Source: an uncultured Bacilli bacterium
GTDB lineage: Bacteria > Bacillota_I > Bacilli_A > RF39 > UBA660
Direction of reading: 5' to 3'
Length of the DNA stretch: 64,000 nucleotides
Assembly: GCA_910584085.1 (NCBI GenBank)
Contig: CAJTZY010000006.1
Span: 668-64,667 of the forward strand
Part shown: positions 35,822 to 44,528 of the stretch, piece after piece
How positions within the stretch are numbered: the first letter of the stretch is position 1
How the letters are laid out: every line of letters starts with the position of its first letter
The notes under the pieces: model-generated
What the model was told of the DNA's origin: nothing
The model's input: only the letters and a program-made list of their open reading frames with translations
Databases searched by the model: none
Made by a program: the position numbers and the translations under genes

Positions 35822-36690
35822 TGGGATCAATTATATTTAGTTTAATTTTAGTAGTAATAGTTGCTATATGTTTAGGAATAGGAAAAGCACCTGAGGATAG
35901 TGATTGGACTATGACTTGGAAATTTAGAAAAAGAATGATTTGGAGTCTATTGTGCCTATCAATTATACTATTTGGATGCTTTGCAACAATTAAAACAGGT
36001 GAAATTGGAATTAAAACTAGATTTGGTAAAATAGTAAATAGTACCAAAAATGAAGGAATCGTTTTTAAAAGTCCATTTGATAAAGTAGAGAAAATTAATA
36101 TTAAAGTACAAAAATATGAAAACAAAGATGTATTATCAACCTCTACAAAAGATATGCAAATAGTAAATAACATTAAAGTATCTATTAATTATCAAATTGA
36201 CGGAAACAAAGTAGTTGATTTATATAAAAGAGTAGGAACAGGTTATAAAGAAACGGTATTAGAACCAGCTATTCAGGAAACGATTAAAGGTGTTATTTCA
36301 AAATACACATCGGAGGAATTAGTTACAAAAAGAAGTGAGATTTCGCTTGATATAAATAATACACTAGATGAAAGAATTAAAACATATGGTATAAACAGTG
36401 TATCAGTAGCAATTAACAATTTTGATTTTAGTGAGGCGTACAATCAAGCCATCGAACAAAAAGCAGTATCTGAACAAAATGTATTAACAGCACAACAAGA
36501 ATTAGAAAAGGCTAAAGTCGAGGCAGAAAAGAAAGTAGTTGAAGCAGAGGCTACTAATAAAGCTAATGAATTATTAAAACAAAATGTTACTGATGAGGTA
36601 TTAGCAAAACAATTTATCGAAAAATGGAATGGTCAATTGCCAACCACTTATGCTGGTGATGACATATTAAAAATGTTTAATTTAAAATAA
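35821..36690 (+). CDS. SPFH/band-7 (prohibitin-like) membrane protein
   Basis: N-terminal TM, then an SPFH core (GEIGIKTRFGKIV ... TKDMQIVNNIKVSINYQI ... VLEPAIQETIKGVISKYTSEELVTKR ... INNFDFSEAYNQAIEQK) and a coiled-coil tail. Confidence 0.8.
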   Translation: MGSIIFSLILVVIVAICLGIGKAPEDSDWTMTWKFRKRMIWSLLCLSIILFGCFATIKTGEIGIKTRFGKIVNSTKNEGIVFKSPFDKVEKINIKVQKYENKDVLSTSTKDMQIVNNIKVSINYQIDGNKVVDLYKRVGTGYKETVLEPAIQETIKGVISKYTSEELVTKRSEISLDINNTLDERIKTYGINSVSVAINNFDFSEAYNQAIEQKAVSEQNVLTAQQELEKAKVEAEKKVVEAEATNKANELLKQNVTDEVLAKQFIEKWNGQLPTTYAGDDILKMFNLK

Positions 36691-36701
36691 AAATGTAAAA
36701 G

Positions 36702-36734
36702 TGTAGCACTCTCTTAAGGGAAATAGAGAGAGTG
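36702..36734 (+). promoter_or_regulatory. TGTAGCAC/AAGGGAA hairpin element, copy A (upstream of terL)
   Basis: TGTAGCACTCTCTtaAGGGAAAtAGAGAGAGTG. The 8-9-bp stem has a 3' arm that covers the SD, 5 nt before ATG 36740. Confidence 0.65.
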
Positions 36735-36739
36735 ATAAA

Positions 36740-38497
36740 ATGAGTTTAAAAATAGGCGAAAAGATAGAAATCAAAAAGCCACAAGAAAAAACGACCACTA
36801 TGTCACAGACTTTCTTTGATATAGTGGCTGTTTTAAAAAGTAATAAAGTTAGAGAAACGGATAAATTACAATGGTGTCAAAGTCTACTTGCAATATTAGA
36901 AAATTATTACAAAGAAAATGAACTAAAGTCAGTACAAAATGCTAAGAAGTATGCAATACCTGTGCTATATACTTTAACGGAGAAGAGTAGCATGGAAAAC
37001 ATGGCTCTCTTTTTTGATTATTATAAAAAAACATACTGTTTTTGTGCTAGAAGAGATTTTGAATGTTTTGTAGACTATATTGAATGGAATCAACCAAAGA
37101 AAGTATTAGCTAATCGCAGACAAGTATTAAAACCATACGTAGATGCTCTAAATAGAATAGCATTTGATGATAAATTACAATATATTATTGTTTCATATGC
37201 ACCCAGTATGGGTAAGAGTTACCTTGCAACATTATTTACAGCATGGGGATATGGTTTAAGTATAAATAATTCAGTAATCAGAATGTCATACTCTGACGAA
37301 CTCGTACTTGGTTTTAGTAGAACAGTAAAGGGTATTATATCAAGCCCTGAATTTGCGGAAATATTTCCTCTGTTTAAGTTGTATAATGGTAAACCGTTTG
37401 AAGTAGAAAGGGAATCAGACTGGAAAATAAAAAATGCCAATGTCCCTAAATCAAATCATATAGCACGTACCCGTAGTGGTTCTACTACTGGAGAAAGAGC
37501 CTCATTTGCAATTATATTTGACGATATGACAAAGGGAGCAGAGGAGGCTAATAGTGAGAGTATCCATAATGGAATATATGATAAATGGCTTACTGAATGG
37601 TGGAATAGACGTGATGGTCAAAAATGTAAATTTATATTTGTTGGAACTCAATGGACACCAGAAGATATATTGAATAGGGTTATAGAAGATAGAAACAAAG
37701 TATCGCCATTACAAGAAACGGATAATCCGTATGTTATGGAAAGTGAAGATAAATCAACTATAGTTATTCGTGTACCAATGTTAGATAAAGAACATAAAAC
37801 GACATGTCCCGAAGTATACCCACAAGAAATAGCAGAACAAATAGAACAAAATACAGATCCATTTCTATTTAGTTGCGTTTACCAACAAGATCCAATAGCA
37901 CTCACAGGGAGAGAATTAGCTTGGGAATGTTTACAAACATATATAGAACCACCAGAAGATTTAGAGTCATATTGTATGGCTGCTATCGACACTAAACGAA
38001 GAGGTAAAGATAATCTTAATATGTTTATATGTAAACCTGATGGGCATGGTAAACACTATTTATGGGATGCAATATTTACAAAAGAGCCTATGGATAAGTT
38101 ATATGATAAAATAATCGAAAAAATTATATTGCATCATATTACAACCTTAGTTATAGAAAACAATATTGATTTTTCATTAAAAACTTTATTAGAGGATAGA
38201 TTAAAGTTGAGAGGGATTTATTGGTGTAAAATTATAGAACATTATAATACACCTAAAAAAGAGAAAAGAATTATGGATATGTTGTGGCAAATACAAACAT
38301 TAATTATTTTCAAAGATAAATCTATTGTTAAACCAAATACTGATATAGGTAGGCTTATGGAAAATATTACAAAGTATTCATTTGATAAACCAAATGCTTT
38401 TGATGATGGACCTGATGGAAGTGCTTTATACGCTAGTGAAATAATAATGGGTAAGTCTGTATTACCAAAAGCGAAAGCTTGTCGTAGATTATTTTAG
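36740..38497 (+). CDS. terL: terminase large subunit
   Basis: 585 aa. Walker A-like SYAPSMGKSY and Walker B-like AIIFDDM, followed by a nuclease-sized C-terminal domain. Precedes the portal gene. Confidence 0.85.
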   Translation: MSLKIGEKIEIKKPQEKTTTMSQTFFDIVAVLKSNKVRETDKLQWCQSLLAILENYYKENELKSVQNAKKYAIPVLYTLTEKSSMENMALFFDYYKKTYCFCARRDFECFVDYIEWNQPKKVLANRRQVLKPYVDALNRIAFDDKLQYIIVSYAPSMGKSYLATLFTAWGYGLSINNSVIRMSYSDELVLGFSRTVKGIISSPEFAEIFPLFKLYNGKPFEVERESDWKIKNANVPKSNHIARTRSGSTTGERASFAIIFDDMTKGAEEANSESIHNGIYDKWLTEWWNRRDGQKCKFIFVGTQWTPEDILNRVIEDRNKVSPLQETDNPYVMESEDKSTIVIRVPMLDKEHKTTCPEVYPQEIAEQIEQNTDPFLFSCVYQQDPIALTGRELAWECLQTYIEPPEDLESYCMAAIDTKRRGKDNLNMFICKPDGHGKHYLWDAIFTKEPMDKLYDKIIEKIILHHITTLVIENNIDFSLKTLLEDRLKLRGIYWCKIIEHYNTPKKEKRIMDMLWQIQTLIIFKDKSIVKPNTDIGRLMENITKYSFDKPNAFDDGPDGSALYASEIIMGKSVLPKAKACRRLF

Positions 38498-38520
38498 ATA
38501 CTTATTAAGTATCTTTTTTT
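38496..38520 (+). terminator. Rho-independent terminator immediately after terL
   Basis: AGATACTT-att-AAGTATCT followed by T7. The stem starts inside the TAG stop codon. Confidence 0.6.
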
Positions 38521-38592
38521 GTGCAAAAAGGTGAATATTTGTTCTCCTTTTATACCTCAAACCTACCAATATTTCCATATATAGGATATAAA

Positions 38593-38640
38593 TGTAGCCG
38601 AAGGACAAGTTTTTTCCCTTAATAGTCCTTCAGTGCTACA
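38593..38640 (-). promoter_or_regulatory. TGTAGCAC/AAGGGAA element, copy F (consensus on the minus strand)
   Basis: Minus strand: TGTAGCACTgaaggactattAAGGGAAAAAacttgtccttcggctaca. The + strand therefore carries TGTAGCcGAAGGAC ... GTCCTTCaGTGCTACA with loop UUUUUCCCUU. Confidence 0.6.
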
Positions 38641-38726
38641 CGGGAGCATAACCGTAGAATTTATTTTATTGTTGTGTTCCCACATTTTATATTTTGGGAA
38701 TACCAAAGTATGAAAAGTGGTGAAAT

Positions 38727-40301
38727 ATGAAAAACGAAGAAGTAAAACCAACTGAAACAACAGTTGAAAATAATACAAATGCACAATTACCTACTAAAGA
38801 ACCTTATGCACCAAAATATGATGATACAAGGTTATATGGTAGAAAAATAATATATGCAGATTATGAGCCAGAAAATATGAATGCAGAAACAATAACAAAA
38901 ATATTAACTGATGTCTTTAGCATTCATTTGCAAAATTCAAGGGAAATAGATTATTTAGAAAAATATTATAAAGGATTTCAACCAATATTAAACAAAATAA
39001 AAGAAGTACGACCAACTATTAACAACAAAGTAGTTGAAAATAACGCTTATTTCTTAGTTGAGTTTAAAAAATCATTTGTATTTGGTAAACCAATTCAATA
39101 TGTGCAACGTGGAGATGTTGCAAATAAAGAGGTTGGAGCATTAAATAGTTATATGCTAGCAGAGGATAAATATCCTAAAGATACAGAACTAGCAGAAGAT
39201 TTATATATTGCTGGGATTGGACATAGATTAGTTCTTCCAGATATAAATGAAGATAGCCCATTTAGTATAGAAAATTTAGATAGCAAAACTACATTTATTG
39301 TTTATTCTAGTAGTTTACCACATAAAAAATTATTTGGTTGTACTTATACTAGAGGGATTAAAGATATAACAATAAAAGGTAGTATTTATACAAACAATGC
39401 TTTTTATAAATTTACAAGTGGAAGTCCATATAGTGCCTTTGATGTTCAATTTGTTAAATGGCACGTTTTAGGAGATATCCCAATATTTGAATACTTTTTA
39501 CATAAAAAAAGATTAGGAATTATCGAAGTCGTACTAGATTTGCTAAATGACATAAATAGAGTAACTTCTAATGAATTAGATGGGTTGGAACAATATGTAC
39601 AAAGTTTACTTGTATTTATAAATCAAGATATTGACAAAGAAGAATTAGAAAAAATGCTTGAAATGAATGCAGTAAAATTATGGTCTCCTGACCCTGGCAG
39701 AAATGCAGATTTAAAACTAATATCTAATGAAATAAATCATGCAAATACAAAAATCATGCACGATAAGTTATTTAACATGGCTTTAAATATTGTAGGAATA
39801 CCTAAAAATAGTGATAAAGCAAGTGGAGGAGATACAGGACAAGCTAGATATTTAGGTGAAGGTTGGACAATGGCAGATGCAAGAGCAGATGGCGATGAAA
39901 TGGAATTTAAACGTTGTTCTAAGCCTGAACTAAAAATGATACTTAGAATATGTAGACTTGCTCCAAATAGTGAAATAAATACATTAACACTTAAAGATAT
40001 AGACCAAAAATTCACTAGAAATAAATCAGATAATTTCTTAGTTAAATCACAAGGAATGATGAATCAAATTCAAAGTGGTGTATCACCTGATGTTGCAATG
40101 ACAACAAGTGGTTTATATAGTGATCCAAATGAAACATTTAATAAATCAATGGAGTTCTATGGTGGTATAGATAATTGGATTAAATTATTCGTTGGACAAG
40201 CACAAAAACAATTAAATGAAAAGAATAGCGATGGAAGTCCTAACAAGGCGACATCTGCCTCAAAAGATGAGTCTGGAGAGGTTAATAAACAAAAAAGTTA
40301 G
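38727..40301 (+). CDS. portal protein
   Basis: 524 aa, immediately after terL. Size and position are typical of SPP1-type portals. Confidence 0.75.
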   Translation: MKNEEVKPTETTVENNTNAQLPTKEPYAPKYDDTRLYGRKIIYADYEPENMNAETITKILTDVFSIHLQNSREIDYLEKYYKGFQPILNKIKEVRPTINNKVVENNAYFLVEFKKSFVFGKPIQYVQRGDVANKEVGALNSYMLAEDKYPKDTELAEDLYIAGIGHRLVLPDINEDSPFSIENLDSKTTFIVYSSSLPHKKLFGCTYTRGIKDITIKGSIYTNNAFYKFTSGSPYSAFDVQFVKWHVLGDIPIFEYFLHKKRLGIIEVVLDLLNDINRVTSNELDGLEQYVQSLLVFINQDIDKEELEKMLEMNAVKLWSPDPGRNADLKLISNEINHANTKIMHDKLFNMALNIVGIPKNSDKASGGDTGQARYLGEGWTMADARADGDEMEFKRCSKPELKMILRICRLAPNSEINTLTLKDIDQKFTRNKSDNFLVKSQGMMNQIQSGVSPDVAMTTSGLYSDPNETFNKSMEFYGGIDNWIKLFVGQAQKQLNEKNSDGSPNKATSASKDESGEVNKQKS

Positions 40302-40497
40302 AGGATAGAAAGACATTGACTATCGAGGCATGACGATGCTTAAGTGTAGGGAAACCGATTAGATGTGGGAAGTGATGCCCCACCTAACTTTATAGGGTTC
40401 ATAGGGTACGGGACTATGATTAAATACGCTCGAATATCTATTTAAAGATGTGTATTGGTAGCCCAGCCAAAGAAACTTTAGAAGCCTTTGGTCTTAT

Positions 40498-40573
40498 GCT
40501 GAAATAGCTCAATTGGTAGAGCAATTGTTTTGTAAGCAATAGGTTGTGAGTTCAAGTCTTACTTTCAGCACCA
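40498..40573 (+). tRNA. phage tRNA-Thr (anticodon UGU)
   Basis: GCTGAAA-TA-GCTC-aattggta-GAGC-A-ATTGT-TTTGTAA-GCAAT-aggtt-GTGAG-TTCAAGT-CTTAC-TTTCAGC-A-CCA. Confidence 0.85.
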
Positions 40574-40574
40574 T

Positions 40575-40667
40575 GTACGGTTACCCAAGTTTGGCTGAAG
40601 GGGACGATTTACTAAATCGTTAGGGTCCTGAGGGACCGCAAAGGTTCGAATCCTTTACCGTACGCCA
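40575..40667 (+). tRNA. phage type-II tRNA, Ser-like, anticodon ACU (A34)
   Basis: GTACGGT-TA-CCC ... GGG-G-ACGAT-TTACTAA-ATCGT, long variable arm GGTCC-tgag-GGACC, T arm AAAGG-TTCGAAT-CCTTT, acceptor ACCGTAC, discriminator G, CCA. Confidence 0.7.
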
Positions 40668-40898
40668 CAAATTTGATTATAGCTACCTTAATGGTAGTGT
40701 ACTGATGAAATGCATAAATATAGGTGCGACTCCTACGAAGGGTTAGAAGCCCTGCGATTTGTTAGAGTAACGAATTTCATTGGTACAGTGCTATTAAACT
40801 AGCATAAATTTGCTCTGTATACCGAGCATAATGGGTATACCACACTACTGTAGAGACGTGGCTACTATAAAAACGTAATGTGTGGGGAAGGTAATTAT

Positions 40899-41528
40899 AT
40901 GAATGAAATGATTGAAAATGTATTAAGTAATGAAGCTTATACAACAAATGAAGAAAGAGTAGAAGCTATTAAACAAGGTTTAGCGACTTTAGTTATTCCA
41001 AAAGATAAATACAATGATTTATCAACAAAACTAAAGAATACTGAAACAAGTTTAAGTACATTACAAACAGAATATGATGATTTCAAAAAATCCAAAATGA
41101 CAGAGGATGAATTAAGAGAATCTGAAAGAAAAGACTTAGAAGCAAAGCAAAAAAATATTGCTTTAAAAGAAAGTGAGTATGCAGTAAGAGATTTATTTAC
41201 AAATGCTAATATTTCAAAAGAAAAATACGAAAAAATATTAAGCAAAGTGGTAACATCTGATAAAGATAAATCTGTAGAAATTGCACAAACATTTATTGAA
41301 TTGTTAAGTGAAACTGCAGATGAAACAAAAAAGCAAACTGTAACAGATTTATTAAATGATACTCCAAAGCCTACTGTAAGCACTCCAAATAGTGGAACAG
41401 TAAGTAATTTAGATTCTTATAAAGCAAAATATGATGAAGCTGTCAAAAATGGAGATTTCTTAGCACAAACTCAATATATGAGATTAATGCAAGAAGAACA
41501 AATGAAACAAAATAAACCAAATGTTTAA
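40899..41528 (+). CDS. capsid scaffolding protein
   Basis: Lys/Glu-rich coiled-coil protein between the portal and major capsid genes. ATG 40899 (SD GGAAGG) is preferred over the track start 40878. Confidence 0.6.
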   Translation: MNEMIENVLSNEAYTTNEERVEAIKQGLATLVIPKDKYNDLSTKLKNTETSLSTLQTEYDDFKKSKMTEDELRESERKDLEAKQKNIALKESEYAVRDLFTNANISKEKYEKILSKVVTSDKDKSVEIAQTFIELLSETADETKKQTVTDLLNDTPKPTVSTPNSGTVSNLDSYKAKYDEAVKNGDFLAQTQYMRLMQEEQMKQNKPNV

Positions 41529-41534
41529 ATGAAA

Positions 41535-41577
41535 TGTAGCACTCATTAAAAGGGAATAGAAAAATTTTAATGAGGTG
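41535..41577 (+). promoter_or_regulatory. TGTAGCAC/AAGGGAA hairpin element, copy B (upstream of major capsid gene)
   Basis: TGTAGCACTCATTAAAAgggaatagaaaaaTTTTAATGAGgTG. 12-bp stem with one bulged G. The 3' arm contains the SD GAGGTG. Confidence 0.65.
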
Positions 41578-41582
41578 ATAGT

Positions 41583-42629
41583 ATGAATGGAACTGAAACA
41601 GTTCAAAGTTTTAACACATTAAATTATGCTGGATTGTTATATACAAAATCAAATAAGAAAACTCCTTTCTTAAATATGATTTCAGGACACAGAAAATATA
41701 CAAATTCAGTAGAATTTATTACAGGACAATTTTATGAAAATGAAGATGCAGAAATACCAGCAATTAGTGAAACAGCATCATTAACAGCACCAACTGCGTC
41801 ATTCGTAACAAGAAGTCAAAAAACTAATGTTACACAAATCTTTATGGAATCAGTAGCTATTAGTTATGCAAAACAATCTAATATGGGAACATTAAGTGGC
41901 GTAAATATTGCTGGACAAGTTGCAAATCCACAAAATGAATTAGATTTCCAAGTTGCAAGAAAAATGGAAACATTATCAAGAAGTATTGAAAAAACATTTA
42001 TTCAAGGAACTTATAATAAAGCAACATCTGATTCAACAGTTAACAAGACAAGAGGTATGAACGAAGCAATTACTACTAATGTTATTTCAGCAGAAAGTGG
42101 TAGTGGTGCTAGTAAGGTTAATAAACCACTTGATATTTGGTTAATCAATGATGCACAACAAGCAATCTATGATAATCAAGGTGATATTAGTAATTTATAT
42201 TTATGGACTAATACAGTTGGTTTAAATCAATTAAATGCAGATGCCTTAAAATGGGGTATGAAAATGGGAGAACCATATATGAGTTCATACGGTGTACAAG
42301 TATATGATGTAATCTTACCATTAGGTGTAGTACACGTTGCATTAGGTGAATTTATTCCAAGTGGAACAGCATTCTTATTCAATTTTGATGTAATTGGACC
42401 AGTAGAACAACCAGTACCAGGTAAAGGTAATTTCTTCTTAGAAGAATTAGCTAAACAAGGTGCAGGAACTAAATATCAATTATTTGGACAAATTGGATTA
42501 GACCACGGTCCAGAATGGATGCACGCTAAAATCACAGGATTAAAAACTACATTTGATAAACCAGAAGCAGTTAAGGATGTAAAAGTTGTTAATGCTAGTG
42601 ATTTAAAAGCAACAGCACCAAGTGCTTAA
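41583..42629 (+). CDS. major capsid protein
   Basis: 348 aa, directly after the scaffold gene. Assignment by position and size. Confidence 0.7.
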   Translation: MNGTETVQSFNTLNYAGLLYTKSNKKTPFLNMISGHRKYTNSVEFITGQFYENEDAEIPAISETASLTAPTASFVTRSQKTNVTQIFMESVAISYAKQSNMGTLSGVNIAGQVANPQNELDFQVARKMETLSRSIEKTFIQGTYNKATSDSTVNKTRGMNEAITTNVISAESGSGASKVNKPLDIWLINDAQQAIYDNQGDISNLYLWTNTVGLNQLNADALKWGMKMGEPYMSSYGVQVYDVILPLGVVHVALGEFIPSGTAFLFNFDVIGPVEQPVPGKGNFFLEELAKQGAGTKYQLFGQIGLDHGPEWMHAKITGLKTTFDKPEAVKDVKVVNASDLKATAPSA

Positions 42630-42660
42630 TAAAATCTTTTTAAAGTAAGGAAGTGTATTT

Positions 42661-43002
42661 ATGAGTCAAAAAGACCAACTATTAAAAATGCGACTAGAAA
42701 TCTTAGGCGATGTAGCTGATGACACAAAAGATGAAGTGTTTAAAATAAAACTAGATGACGCAGAAGTTGTGGCTCTAAATACACTTTATCCTTATGATTA
42801 TGAACAAAAAGAATTAGACAAAACAAACAAACGATTAATGAATTGGCAAGCAAGATGTGCAATAGAACTGTATAAGAAAATGGGAACTACTAATGTTAAA
42901 TCATATTGTGAGGATAGTTTTTCTGTTACTTATATGACAGGTTTAATATCATCATCACTTATGAATGAATTAAGACCACCAAAGGCAGGCATTCCTAAAT
43001 GA
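42661..43002 (+). CDS. head-tail connector/adaptor protein (putative)
   Basis: Position after the capsid gene. N-terminal LLKMRLEILGDVADDTKDEV resembles gp6-like connector proteins. Confidence 0.5.
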   Translation: MSQKDQLLKMRLEILGDVADDTKDEVFKIKLDDAEVVALNTLYPYDYEQKELDKTNKRLMNWQARCAIELYKKMGTTNVKSYCEDSFSVTYMTGLISSSLMNELRPPKAGIPK

Positions 43003-43376
43003 TAACTGAAATAAATGCAGATCCAAGTAATTGGAAAAAAGATGTCTATATAGCAAGCAAAAAAGAAGTTACTTTAGATGATGAAGGCAACGAAATTGTT
43101 ATATATGACAAACCAAGAAAATTTAGATTCAATTATCAATCAATCAGTTCTAATTCAAATATTGCCGAATTTGGAGAAAACTCCAAAATGATGAAAAAAG
43201 CAGTTATTCCTATATCATATCAAGGACAATTTAAAGAATTTGATGTGGCTTATCTTGACGGTGCAACACCAGAAGGAGAAGAGAATTATGGAGATAATGC
43301 AAACTATAGATTATTACCACCAAGAGATGGTAATTCAGTTATAATTATATATTTTGAAAGACTTACAGGAAAGTAG
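42999..43376 (+). CDS. head closure protein (putative)
   Basis: Assigned by synteny only. Confidence 0.4.
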   Translation: MITEINADPSNWKKDVYIASKKEVTLDDEGNEIVIYDKPRKFRFNYQSISSNSNIAEFGENSKMMKKAVIPISYQGQFKEFDVAYLDGATPEGEENYGDNANYRLLPPRDGNSVIIIYFERLTGK

Positions 43377-43383
43377 GTGCGAT

Positions 43384-43590
43384 ATGTACGAATTTACAAA
43401 TGGAATAGTAGTATTTGATGAAAAAACAAGAGATAGATATATTGAGGCAGGATATAGACTTATTGAGAAAAAAATAGAAACAAAATCTCAAGAACACCCT
43501 GTTGAAATCAACGAGGAGTTAAATGAAAACACTTTTAACAATGGAACTATCAAAAGACAGTCTAAAAAATACAATAAACTATCTAAATAA
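43384..43590 (+). CDS. hypothetical phage protein
   Basis: ATG 43384 after AGGTG. Overlaps the next gene by 68 nt, so one of the two starts is uncertain. Confidence 0.35.
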   Translation: MYEFTNGIVVFDEKTRDRYIEAGYRLIEKKIETKSQEHPVEINEELNENTFNNGTIKRQSKKYNKLSK

Positions 43591-44032
43591 GTTCAAAAGT
43601 GCTTATGAAAAAGGCATAGATAATGCTGTGCTTCATGCAACAGAAATAATGTATGAAAAAGTAAAGCAATATTGCTATGAGGCAGGTATTACTGAACATA
43701 CCAATAATATTTATATGGAGTATGATTATAATACCAAAACTGGTAAAGTTGGTACATCTGATATGGTACTTATCTTTAATGAGATGGGGACAGGTATTAC
43801 TGGTGCTAATAATCCACATCCTAATCCATCACCAAATTTCCAATCATGGAAATATGATGTAAATGAACATGGTGAAAAAGGTTGGTATTATCCAAAAGAA
43901 GATGGTACTTATGGTTGGACTAAAGGTTTACCTAGTAGGCATATGTTCTATGATGCCTTCAATGATATTAAAGATGAAATTGGAGATATTGTAGAAGTTG
44001 AATTGCGAAAGACAGTAGGTGATTTATATTGA
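43523..44032 (+). CDS. neck/tail-joining protein (HK97 gp10-like, putative)
   Basis: SD GAGGAG. Assigned by synteny. Confidence 0.4.
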   Translation: MKTLLTMELSKDSLKNTINYLNKFKSAYEKGIDNAVLHATEIMYEKVKQYCYEAGITEHTNNIYMEYDYNTKTGKVGTSDMVLIFNEMGTGITGANNPHPNPSPNFQSWKYDVNEHGEKGWYYPKEDGTYGWTKGLPSRHMFYDAFNDIKDEIGDIVEVELRKTVGDLY

Positions 44033-44472
44033 TAGTAGAAAATTTATTTGATACAAAGTTCTATCCAGAACAAAAACAATATGTTGAAACTAAATCAATA
44101 TATAAACCACATGTAACAAAAGCAATGCCACAGAACAGTAAAGACTTCCCAATAGTACCAACAAAATTATTGCCTGTAAAAAATCAATATGGCAATTTGA
44201 GTTATGGTGAAGAAAGATATTCATTTGGTATTGAGATTAATGTATATGCACAAGACGATACTATCAATGGCAAAAAAGTATCTAAAAGGACTATTTGTAA
44301 TGAAATAACAAGCCATGTAGTTGATTATTACAAGACTAATTATAGAGTTACTGTTAAGACAACTTTAGATGCTCCAAATGTAGACAGTAATGTACATAGA
44401 AATATTATAAGAATAACTGGTGTCTTAGACACAAAATATGGATTAGATAACTTGGTTATTTATCCAAATTAA
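44029..44472 (+). CDS. tail completion/terminator protein (putative)
   Basis: Assigned by synteny only. Confidence 0.35.
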   Translation: MIVENLFDTKFYPEQKQYVETKSIYKPHVTKAMPQNSKDFPIVPTKLLPVKNQYGNLSYGEERYSFGIEINVYAQDDTINGKKVSKRTICNEITSHVVDYYKTNYRVTVKTTLDAPNVDSNVHRNIIRITGVLDTKYGLDNLVIYPN

Positions 44473-44477
44473 AATGA

Positions 44478-44521
44478 TGTAGCACTTCAAATATAAAGGG
44501 GAAAAATTTATATGAGAGGTG
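44478..44521 (+). promoter_or_regulatory. TGTAGCAC/AAGGGAA hairpin element, copy C (upstream of major tail gene)
   Basis: TGTAGCACTTCAAATATAAAggggaaaaATTTATATGAGAGGTG. 6 bp plus 7 bp around a 2-nt internal mismatch. The 3' arm ends in the SD GAGGTG. Confidence 0.6.
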
Positions 44522-44528
44522 AAAGAAA

